A stretch of DNA of 62,682 nucleotides, filler included, from Globobulimina sp. (lineage: Eukaryota): NCBI GenBank assembly GCA_003354225.1. It is 22 parts of 22 records of this genome, joined end to end, with 100 filler letters (N's around TTAATTAATTAA, not from the genome) between each part and the next. Parts side by side here need not be neighbours in the genome. Positions count along the whole stretch, not along the records: positions 1 to 2,755 come from PIVH01005039.1; positions 2,856 to 5,610 come from PIVH01005040.1; positions 5,711 to 8,465 come from PIVH01005041.1; positions 8,566 to 11,320 come from PIVH01005042.1; 18 more parts are not named here. One strand, given 5' to 3'. The translations under genes were made by a program, and so were the position numbers. Each line of letters opens with the position of its first letter. Within the stretch, counting starts at the first letter, position 1. This document shows positions 1-9,470 of this stretch, piece by piece. The notes beneath the pieces were generated by a model, which worked only from the letters and a program-made list of their open reading frames with translations, was not told where the DNA came from and searched no databases.

Positions 1-2600
1 CTTGGAACAAAAATCTTATCGTTGCGAAATTCCAAAACCGAAAATTCAAGCGTTTTTTGCCGATTTGCTTCAAACAAAAACAATCAACTTGGATACAGTC
101 AACCAAAATTGTCCCTCGCTTCCTCCTGACTTGGTTCCGGAGTCTTTGGTCGACCCATTCACTCCAAATGAGATTCAAAAAGTCATTTCTAAATTAAGCA
201 ATACTGCACCAGGGAATGACCGCGCCTTTTATCGGGATTTGCGCCAGGGCGACCCGTTTGGAGTTGCTTTAGCTTGCATATACAACTGGTGTTTAGAAGC
301 CGGTCGTGTTCCTGAACAATGGAAAATTTGTGACTCTATACTTCTCTACAAAAAAGGGGATCTTACTGATTTGGAGAATTGGCGCCCAATAGCTATCATG
401 CGCACTATCTATAAACTTTATATTGAATTATGGGCACAGAGAATAGGTACTAAATGTGCAAGTATTTTCAGTCCCGAGCAGAAAGGTTTTATGGCGCGTG
501 AAGGCTGTGTAGAGCACATATTTGCACTTGATTCTATCCTACATCATGCACGTTCTAATCGAAGACCGCTTCATGTTGCTTGGATTGATCTATGCAATGC
601 TTTTACTTCCGTGTCACATGACACTATACGTTTTATGCTTGAAAAATTAAATTTTCCTAAGCTCTTTACTGCGGTGTTTGATGATTTGTACAGTAATGCC
701 TCTACTACATATCGAACAAGTGACGGCAAAACTGAACCAATTAACATTGAAGCAGGTGTCAAACAGGGTGATCCTCTCAGTCCCATTCTTTATTTATTTT
801 ATTTTTTTAAATTTGGTTATGGAATATGTCATACGTGCTTTTAAAGAAAAATTTCCAGAGGAAGGGTATACAATTTTCGGCCAATTACATAATATTATGG
901 CTTATGCCGATGACTTAGTACTAGTAGCTGAAAGTGCAGAGTCATTACAGGCTATGCTTGATGTTATAGGTATATTAGCTGAAACTCTTGCCCTTCTCTT
1001 TCGTCCCACTAAATGTGGTACCCTTTCTATGCAAAGTGTAAATCCATTGGATAAGAAGTTTACAATTCAATCTGCCGAATTACCTACTTTGAGCTGGGGT
1101 GACACCTATAAATACCTTGGCATTAAGCTTGGCCTAAACGCTGACCAAACACCGAGTGAACTGATATTGGCTTCTATCAAAGATATGAAGCTATTTGTAA
1201 TTCAAACTTCACTTTTAGCGTCATGGCAAAAGCTAGATGCTATAAGGACATTTTATTTTGCCTCGGTTCAGTTACCTTGTTCGTCTAAGTAAACCTCTAA
1301 AAGGTGAATTACACGAATTCGACCGTGCACTAAACTATTTTCTGCGCCATATCTGTCATCTTCCGCAATCGACCCACTTGCACTATCTCTATGCTAACAG
1401 TCATTCGGGAGGCTTGGGCTTTCTGCCGTTATGTGAAGAGCTCGAGTTGCAGTGTTATGAATGTATTAAGCTTTTAAAGCTCTCAAGATGACAAAGTACA
1501 TACATTGGCTTGGAATTCGTTGAGGGATACTGTACGTAGATGGCTTAAACGTGAGCCCAGTATGGACAACATTGTTACATTTCTTCTCAATGGCGATACA
1601 TCTGGTGCTTTTCATTGGTTTGAGTCTAATTGTGGCAATGATTGTACTCTGGAAAAAGACGCGCAAAATGATCAGACCACTTAGAAAACGTATAAATTTC
1701 GAATTTGTTATCGATCCCAACGATTCCACAGCAATTGCTATTAAATGGCCAGAGTCACTCAAACCTATTAGCTATTCAAGTAGGAAAGTTACATATCCTG
1801 TAATGAGAACTCGCTTACAGAATAGAATGCCCATTTTGAGCTCTGGTCACAATATGCAAATCAGGGCAAAACGGCAAAACTTATTTCAGGCGATTTTGCT
1901 AATAATGCGCTTGTGCACAGTGGTAAATATGTATCTTTTTCTGGTTATCGCTAGGTACATAGAGCGCGTTTAAATTTGCTTGATTTAAATGGTGTTTATG
2001 GTCCCCGAGGTCCTGATAAGCCAGCGCTTCCTACTCATTGCCGTCGCTGTGGTTATCATACTGAAACTTTACCTCATGTTCTCTGTCATTGCAAACCTCA
2101 TATGGCAAACGGTGTTGTCCCGCGGCACAATAATATTCAAAATCGTATTGTAAGTGCTGTGAAAAACCGTAATCCAAGAGCCGAGGTGCGTGTCAATTTG
2201 CAATGCAATTATGCCGGCCGCCGGGTCCGACCTGACATTGTGGTTAGACTAGGCAAGGCTGTAGTAATACTAGATGTAACTTGTCCTTTTGAAAATGGTC
2301 CTAATGCTTTCAAAGACGCCCGGGCAAGAAAACTTGAACATTATGCACCAGAAGTCGAAGCAATGAAAGCAAAGGGACTTGAAGTGTTCTGTGAAGCTAT
2401 TGTTGTTGGTCCACTTGTTACCTGGGATCCCAATAATGATTTTGTTTTAAGAGAACTTGGTATTACACGCAAATATCTTGCTAAAATGAAGCGATTTATT
2501 GTTATGGATACCATTAATTACTCTAAAGACATTTATTGGAGACACATATTGGGTGATAAATATAATTACAGTACCCGTATGCAGTCTAAATATGGGCCCC
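1..2600 (+). mobile_element. Degenerate non-LTR retrotransposon of the RLE group (NeSL/Utopia-like): RT + CCHC knuckle + restriction-like endonuclease, frameshifted
   Basis: RT motifs TAPGND, NWRPIA, QKGF..EGC.EH, IDLCNAF, GVKQGDPLSP, AYADDLVL and YKYLG are spread over frames (2-844, 678-1292, 1258-1491). The C-terminal ORF has CRRCGYHTETLPHVLCHC, RHN, RPDIV..LDVTCPFENG..AF..ARARKLEHY and WDPNND..DIYWRH. A T-rich insertion near 790-810 and further indels break the frame. Confidence 0.93.
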
Positions 2601-2755
2601 CGCCTCGCAAGCAAAGTTACAGTAATCCTACCGGGTCTCGCATCTGTCGTCAGGTGCCGCCCCTGCGGCTGCACAACAGTTCTTCGATTTGGTTCCTGCT
2701 GTGTCTCTTGGAATATACTGCATCAATATACAATATATATTGTATATACTGCATC

Positions 2756-2855
2756 NNNNNNNNNNNNNNNNNNNNNNNNNNNNNNNNNNNNNNNNNNNNT
2801 TAATTAATTAANNNNNNNNNNNNNNNNNNNNNNNNNNNNNNNNNNNNNNNNNNNN
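2756..2855. other. Artificial contig linker (N-run/TTAATTAATTAA/N-run); 21 such linkers split the window into 22 contigs
   Basis: Identical 100-nt spacers with stops in all six frames recur every ~2.85 kb (2756, 5611, 8466, 11321, 14176, 17031, 19886, 22740, 25594, 28448, 31302, 34155, 37008, 39861, 42714, 45567, 48420, 51273, 54126, 56979, 59831). Contig lengths fall monotonically from 2755 to 2752. Confidence 0.99.
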
Positions 2856-3295
2856 ATTTTGTTTTTATTTTTTAGTTTGATTTTTTCCATTATTAAGTCT
2901 GTGGATCGTTGATAGAATAACTGTTGTTTGGCATTGTTGCGGTTAAATGGATGATTTCCGTACCATATTATTTTAGAAATTGCATAAATTTTTCTGGCGA
3001 TAAATGAATCGATTTTAGATCCTAAGAAATTAGAATCTAAACGAAATAAATCGAATGAGCTTAATGGTATATTTACTGCCTAAGTAAAATAAACAAAATG
3101 CATGTATGGAGTATGTAAAATGTGAAATAAGATGTTCGTAACGGATCGTATGTGTTGTTTATTATATTCTTTTTCTGTTCTTGTGTCAATGAATAATTTT
3201 GCCATTTTAAATTGAATATCATTGTAGACGTCAAAAATGGTACAACTTTCTGGTTTGGTAAATTCTCTGGACGCGAACCGCTTCATTGAGTCCAT
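2856..3295 (-). CDS. Rhodanese-like domain protein, N-terminal part (intron ~3080-3142), probably runs off the contig
   Basis: LFIDTRTEKEYNKQHIRS joined across a GT..AG intron to AVNIP gives the rhodanese ID.R...Y...HI..A.NIP signature. Confidence 0.7.
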
Positions 3296-3320
3296 TATTC
3301 AATCCAAATACTTTGTGAAA

Positions 3321-5354
3321 ATGTTTACTCCCAAAAACATCTTCTTCAGAGTTAACTATGTCGTCCATCACCAACAAAACCGTCTTTTCAGCTCAAGACT
3401 CACCACATTCAAACGACAAATATCTGCGTCTGATATCGCTAGTTTTAATTCTGAAGCATCAGACAAAGATTTCATTCCATTACATCAGTATTTTCTAAAA
3501 TTTTCCTATTTTCAAGTAAAATTCGCAAAAACGATTTCAAAAAGCAAGAACGCTAACTTTTTTGGAGATTATTATCCTGTCAAACATCTAAAATGTAATT
3601 GGAAATACACGGAGAATTTAGCAAATAATGCAATGGAAGAACATGAGTTAATTACTGCTAAATTATTGGTCAGATACTTGCTTAAATTCCCATTCAATTA
3701 TTATGATAAAAGCACTTTGAATGTAGATGATGAAAAATTACTGCTTTCAATAAAACAAAAATACAAAACCAAGACAACGAATAACATTGAAAAATTGTAT
3801 CAACATTTATACGAACGGAGATGCACTGAATTATACGGAGATAATTCGAGAACCATTCGAATTAACTTACCTTTGCCACAAAATGTAATTAAAGATTTTA
3901 TTTTTAATTTCAACGTCCAAGTCAATGACCATTTGATTAAAAAAAGTAATTTTCCGTTGCGCGCAAACGATGTGATTCAAATTGATATTCCATCGAAAGA
4001 ATTACATTCAAATTGCGAACGCAGATTATTGCAATATTTATTTACATTGAATAGAATCACTAAAAAAGAATTAGGTAACAAAAAATATAAACTCTATCAT
4101 ATATATTCCACAAAAGACAGTGATCAAATCATCAAATCTCTGATGGAAAAGGTATGTTTACAGAGATTTAATAACAACATTGTTCACGCAATTCGGTACT
4201 TTATCATTCCGAATAAATGCGGTTTTACTGACAAGTCTGATATCATTTTGTACGAAGATGATCATATTTTAATTTGTAACAAACCCTCGGGAATGGCGTG
4301 CCATTTTGCTCCCGATACACAACAATATCATGAAAAATCATTGATGAATTTCTTGTTATTCCATTGCCCCGATTTACAGAGAAATATTCAAAAAGATTCG
4401 ACTATTTTTAAACGTGCAGTATTGGCAAACAGTGATGTTTTGCCCTGCAAAGTGACTGAATTACAGTTAACTATCTCACCAGGAATGGTCCATCGAATTG
4501 ATAAGCAAAGTTCCGGCATCATTGTGATCGGGAAAACTATTTTTGGAATGAGTCAGTTGTTTAAACAATGGGAGTTTCATAGGGATATCGAAAGGGAATA
4601 TGTTATTTTGGTACATGGCATATTTGATGGTGATGCATTGCGGGAAAAGTTTGAAAATGATGGATATGGCAATAATTCGGATGAATATTATAATATCATT
4701 GCGGAGAAACATAGAAACGTAGATTTTCAAAATGGATATGATGACAATGATTACTATAAATGTGAATGTTGGATTGGACCTAAATTAGTCAAAAAAAGAG
4801 CAATCGGACCGCTTAAATGTTATAACAATCAACAATATGAAGAAAGGAAACGTATATATTATGATAGGAATGTAGATGATGTTAAAAGTGCGTTAAAAAT
4901 GAGCTGTACACATTTTTATAAATTGAAAGAATATGAAGTGAATAATCATACATTTACTTTATTAAAATGTGTGTTGATTACGGGAAGAACGCATCAAATA
5001 CGATTACATGCTCAATATTGTGGTTTGAGCATCGTTGGCGATCGAATGTATCCACGTATTAATGATTGGAATATGCATAATTTGGATGAAGGTAAGAAAA
5101 TAAGACCAGATAAGAATAATTATGTTTATATCACCAAAGATGTTGATATTGAAAAACAAATTCTTGGGTTGGAATGGAGAAATTATGATTGTCACGCTTT
5201 ACATGCACAAAGTTTAACATTTATACATCCTGTTAATAGGGAAAGAATGAATGTAACTGCACCATTACCCAAGTTTTTTAATGAATTGTTGAATACCATT
5301 GAAAGTTACAAAACAAAAGAGACAAATCATTTAAATCATACTCTTCATAGCTGA
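3321..5354 (+). CDS. RluA/RluD-family RNA pseudouridine synthase, probably organelle-targeted
   Basis: Motifs ILYEDDHILICNKPSG, catalytic GMVHRIDKQSSG, ITGRTHQIRLH..IVGD.MY and LHAQSLTFIHP. The ATG at 3321 begins an R/S/F-rich, acid-free leader. Confidence 0.9.
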   Translation: MFTPKNIFFRVNYVVHHQQNRLFSSRLTTFKRQISASDIASFNSEASDKDFIPLHQYFLKFSYFQVKFAKTISKSKNANFFGDYYPVKHLKCNWKYTENLANNAMEEHELITAKLLVRYLLKFPFNYYDKSTLNVDDEKLLLSIKQKYKTKTTNNIEKLYQHLYERRCTELYGDNSRTIRINLPLPQNVIKDFIFNFNVQVNDHLIKKSNFPLRANDVIQIDIPSKELHSNCERRLLQYLFTLNRITKKELGNKKYKLYHIYSTKDSDQIIKSLMEKVCLQRFNNNIVHAIRYFIIPNKCGFTDKSDIILYEDDHILICNKPSGMACHFAPDTQQYHEKSLMNFLLFHCPDLQRNIQKDSTIFKRAVLANSDVLPCKVTELQLTISPGMVHRIDKQSSGIIVIGKTIFGMSQLFKQWEFHRDIEREYVILVHGIFDGDALREKFENDGYGNNSDEYYNIIAEKHRNVDFQNGYDDNDYYKCECWIGPKLVKKRAIGPLKCYNNQQYEERKRIYYDRNVDDVKSALKMSCTHFYKLKEYEVNNHTFTLLKCVLITGRTHQIRLHAQYCGLSIVGDRMYPRINDWNMHNLDEGKKIRPDKNNYVYITKDVDIEKQILGLEWRNYDCHALHAQSLTFIHPVNRERMNVTAPLPKFFNELLNTIESYKTKETNHLNHTLHS

Positions 5355-5712
5355 ATTATTTAACATTTTCAAAAATCTTCAAAACATTGCAAACTTTACA
5401 AAGTCAAACAAACAAAAAAACAATCCCCAACATATAAAATAGACCATCACAAAGAACTGAAAGCAAAAATAAGATCATTAAAATAAAAACGATCACAACG
5501 TTGCAGTTCATCGGATATGATGCAAAAGTTTAATAAAAACAAACATCACAATTCATGTGTTCACAAAAGTTGTAAGAATAAGCACAATAAAATTAATAAA
5601 TCAACAAAGANNNNNNNNNNNNNNNNNNNNNNNNNNNNNNNNNNNNNNNNNNNNTTAATTAATTAANNNNNNNNNNNNNNNNNNNNNNNNNNNNNNNNNN
5701 NNNNNNNNNNAG

Positions 5713-7410
5713 GTAAAGGATAAAACATTTTGGTTTGTGGTGAAATACCACAACAATATTCCAAATATTTATAATCTATTAAATATAGCATATAATAATT
5801 GGATCAAAGCAGATTCGAAATTGGCAGCAATTTTTCCCATCGAAAAATTCAAAATTAGTTATAAATGCTATGACAAATTAGATCAAATTATATCGCCGAA
5901 TACTTTCCAATTAGATTTAGACGAAAAATCAGATTTTATGGATGAGGCTTTAGTAAATTTTTGCAATATGGGCAAAATTATAATGATTGATAAAAATAAA
6001 ATAAATATGGAGAATCTGGATAAATGGAAAGGTTTTATGACTTGCGATTCGTTGAATAAATTAGGTGTTACCGAAGGGAGAGAGGACTGTATTTGCAGAG
6101 AGTATCCAGAAACGATGAAAAATACAAAAAAATGGAAGTCCGTAATTACGGGACAATCAACAAAATCCGACAGATCTTCATGTTTTTCAAGGGATATAAT
6201 CTATGCAATTTTATGTGATAACTGCGGAATAGCATATTTTGGGAAATGTGGGCGAGGAAAGAGCAATAACCGCCAATTTAAAACAAGAACGAGAGAGCAT
6301 ATCAAAGACATTGAGAAAATTTATGAGATATTATTGGATAAAAATTATTATGGCGCAAATGGAGAAGTTTCGGAGAACATAGGTTTATTGGCGTTGATTT
6401 TAAAAAGCATTAAGAAGAATTATACGGGGGAAGCCCTACACTTTTTAGGTTTGGATGGAACGCGGTGCCATTTGAAAAATAAAGGAAACCCGTTGAGATT
6501 GATGAAAACGTTCGTTTTGAAACAAGTAAAAGGCGAAAATAGATTTGTATGCGAGGCTAAGCTGTGTAAACAAGAAATATTTTACCAGACCCAATTCTGC
6601 GCGATTTCGCATGGGATGAATAGTGGAAAAGATGCAAATAATACGGGAACTTTTTCAAGAGACTTTACGAAAAAAGTCGAACAGGATTTGATCGATTATG
6701 AGAAAGAAATGAGAGTAAAAGAATGGATGCGAATTGAAAAGATACTAAAAAGGGAGGAAAAGAAGGATGAGAAAGAAGTAAAAGCGTTGAGATCAGAATT
6801 AAATGCAAATAAATGGTTTATAAATAAGAATAACAACAATAATAAAAATAGGCCATTATCGGACTTAAATGCAAATTTGTCGCGTATATCAGAGACAGAA
6901 TCGTTGAATGAAACGGCGTGGATAGAATACAATATTTTGAATAATATTTTAGTAGATACGGAAGAGAAAAATGTAGAGTTTTGGGAAGATCTACAAAACG
7001 CAAACGCAGTGGCTAAGAATATAGATTTAAGTCAAATTGAAGAAGAAAAATTATCATTGAATGTAACGGAGGCGTTTGTAGATAAAAACGCGTCGTTTAA
7101 TCCGAATGAGTTATATTTGGATTTAAACGCAGATTTGACGATAAATGATGAGGATTTAGCATATTTTGATGAAACTTTAATTATTTCACATCTAAATGAA
7201 GTAAATTTAGATTTATGTCTAGATTTTAATGCGATAACAAACGGCGTGGAGTTTTTGGAGTTATTCGAGGATTTGGACGAAGATTTAACAAAATTCAAAT
7301 TACCACAAAATTCATTCGAAAGCAGGTGGAGAGATTGGGAGAAAAAAGAATTATTCAAATTAAAAGAAGGAGACAAGTACGAGCCGTTCGAATCGATTAT
7401 GAACAGTTAA
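5713..7410 (+). CDS. PLE ORF C-terminal portion: post-RT linker + Cys-rich GIY-YIG endonuclease + long acidic tail (5' partial)
   Basis: FVVKYHNNIPNI..W..L..IFP..SYK linker, SSCFSRDIIYAILCDNCGIAYFG, RTREH, ALHF and QEIFYQ...HGMN match the PLE GIY-YIG pattern. Confidence 0.85.
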   Translation, partial: VKDKTFWFVVKYHNNIPNIYNLLNIAYNNWIKADSKLAAIFPIEKFKISYKCYDKLDQIISPNTFQLDLDEKSDFMDEALVNFCNMGKIIMIDKNKINMENLDKWKGFMTCDSLNKLGVTEGREDCICREYPETMKNTKKWKSVITGQSTKSDRSSCFSRDIIYAILCDNCGIAYFGKCGRGKSNNRQFKTRTREHIKDIEKIYEILLDKNYYGANGEVSENIGLLALILKSIKKNYTGEALHFLGLDGTRCHLKNKGNPLRLMKTFVLKQVKGENRFVCEAKLCKQEIFYQTQFCAISHGMNSGKDANNTGTFSRDFTKKVEQDLIDYEKEMRVKEWMRIEKILKREEKKDEKEVKALRSELNANKWFINKNNNNNKNRPLSDLNANLSRISETESLNETAWIEYNILNNILVDTEEKNVEFWEDLQNANAVAKNIDLSQIEEEKLSLNVTEAFVDKNASFNPNELYLDLNADLTINDEDLAYFDETLIISHLNEVNLDLCLDFNAITNGVEFLELFEDLDEDLTKFKLPQNSFESRWRDWEKKELFKLKEGDKYEPFESIMNS

Positions 7411-7721
7411 TTTTATTTGAATTTTGAGCATTGTTAAAATATATTTAATTTTATTTTATTATTATTTTTGTTTTATGGTTTGCCAATTGGTTGACGTATT
7501 AGGTATGTTATACGTTTTTATTTTTGTTGTTTTTGGTTTTTTGTCAACCAATTGGTGTCTTTTGTTTTTATTTTATTTAATTAGAATCATTATCTTTGTT
7601 TGGTTCATTTTTGTGTTTCTACCAATGTGTATTTGCTTTTTTCACTTTTTCATTTGGTGTGTTGTTGTGTTGAGTGTTTGTAGTTTTTCAGTGATTGTAC
7701 TTTTTAAGTATTCAATTAAAA

Positions 7722-7763
7722 CACTTTGACAATGGCTTCTTTAAGTTAGCCGAAAGCTTAGTG
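7722..7763 (+). ncRNA. Minimal type I hammerhead ribozyme (U3-A8 core variant)
   Basis: Stem I CACT(7722-25)/AGTG(7760-63); core TTGACAA (7726-32) + T; stem II GGCT(7734-37)/AGCC(7748-51); GAAA (7752-55); short stem III within the palindrome AAGCTT; U-H = TT (7758-59). It lies downstream of a PLE ORF. Confidence 0.78.
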
Positions 7764-7840
7764 AAATAACAACAGATAGATTCAACCAATTCACACTATA
7801 ATCTATATACACTTTTTATATTTTAAATTATCAGTCCTTC

Positions 7841-8465
7841 ATGGATATAATGTGTAGAATTGGGACCAACCGGTATGGAAGTCACGTGCGATCATTTACG
7901 ACATTATATTTACGAAATCGAGTTCGGATCATGCAGTCACGAATGGATTCCATCTACAGAGCGATGCCTCACCTGTCGACAGCATCATCATTCATACAAT
8001 CACATACATCCGAAAATATAACTAATTCAAATTTGTAGGTTACATTATAAGGATCCATATGATCTACAATCAAAAGTCAAAGAAGTCGTTGTTAGTACAC
8101 AAAAATCGAAAAGAGCGCATGCAGCGATCCTGAGAAGAACGTATATACAGTTAATCAAAAAAGATATTGCAGCATTACGACAATTGACTTGCGACAATGC
8201 GAGGGAGGCAAAATTAATTTGGTCGAAAATTAAATTAGTGGCGACACAGAAGACATTAATACATATTGCGAACGTTGCAGAGCTGCAATTGTTTAATGAG
8301 TACATTAAAATTGATTTATTGGTTAAGAAGAGAGCAAATACGGTATTTAACTTTGTACCGGACACATTTTGGAGGCACTGGAGAGCGCAGCCATTGATTA
8401 CAAACATCGATGGTTATGTTAGTGAGGAAAGCAGGGATTTGCAGTTACCTACCTTCCTGTTGATA
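7841..8465 (+). pseudogene. Frameshifted ORF, possibly the N-terminus of a tandem PLE copy
   Basis: The ORF MDIMCR...ITNSNL stops at 8038. An adjacent frame stays open from ~8025 (CRLHYKDPYDLQSK...) to the contig end. It starts ~80 nt after the hammerhead. Confidence 0.4.
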
Positions 8466-8565
8466 NNNNNNNNNNNNNNNNNNNNNNNNNNNNNNNNNNN
8501 NNNNNNNNNTTAATTAATTAANNNNNNNNNNNNNNNNNNNNNNNNNNNNNNNNNNNNNNNNNNNN

Positions 8566-9373
8566 TTAGATATATAAATATGTAAAAAATAATAGTCAAT
8601 ATAACAAAACTTGTATTTTATTTCCATATTCGTCCATTTTATTACCGCATTTTTCCATTGCGGTTTGATATAATTTGTCAACCTCTTTGAACACACTCTC
8701 ATCGATTGGATATTCTTTCTTTGCCAACAAAACGTCTGCTTTTAACATATATGCATCAAATCCCAATCCACCTTTTAATTGCACCATTTTCTCTGCATCT
8801 TCCAATGCTTTCTTTAATCCATCTTCATACTGCGACGCATTGTCATACTTAACACTCCGTAAATATAATTCACATCTTTCATGATACGACTCATACAAAG
8901 ATTGGTTGTCTGGATCGCCATTAATTGTGTCGGTACGATTTTTGATCTGGTTTCTAATTTCAGTCTCTTCATCGGTTGGTTTAGATTCATATTGATTAAT
9001 AGAAGCGGGACATTGGTGGGAATCGCAACTGGCGCAATAAAATAATTTGGTTTGTACTGTAAATCGGCATTCACCGCAACGTTCTCTTTCATATTTTGGA
9101 TTTTCAGCGAGTTCTAATTTATGTGTACATACAATGCATTCTGTATATCGGTAAGTATTTATTAATTACTGTCATAGAACAAATATATTAATTCATACTA
9201 TATTCATGTTTATTATTGTTAGTTTCTGTTGGTTTTTGTATAGAAATTGATCTTCGGGATAATTGTTTTTCTTCTTCTTCTTCTTTCGTCTCGCGACCGG
9301 CCATTTCGATTTGTACGCTCATTTTGCGTTCAACAGAGTGAACAGACGTTGTTGACGAATGTTCAGAAGCCAT
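8566..9373 (-). CDS. Intron-containing protein with a TPR-like helical segment (partial, frame disrupted)
   Basis: ORFs 9188-9373, 8814-9092 and 8596-8898. YHERCELYL...ALEDAEKMVQL..AYMLKADVLL resembles a TPR. Confidence 0.4.
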
Positions 9374-9470
9374 AACTGCGTTAATTCGCGATGTTTTTTA
9401 CTTAAAACCAGTGAGCCTTTTGATTTATTGAGCTCTCAAAAAACAAACATTGTAAACATTGCTATTGTAA

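Larger units (their letters stand above)
5711..8465 (+). mobile_element. Penelope-like retroelement (PLE): 3' part of ORF, T-rich UTR, hammerhead-containing terminal region and probable start of an adjacent copy
   Basis: PLE-type linker and GIY-YIG ORF followed by a minimal hammerhead motif. The RT domain lies outside the contig. Confidence 0.8.

Noticed and set aside
7424-7729. Hydrophobic 101-aa ORF (likewise 13328-14137 minus and 51519-51929 plus)
   Set aside because: These arise from T-rich UTR sequence or are antisense shadows of Lys/Asn-rich sequence, and have non-ATG starts.
1-8465. RLE retrotransposon, pseudouridine synthase and PLE forming one linked system
   Set aside because: They lie on separate contigs whose adjacency only reflects length sorting.
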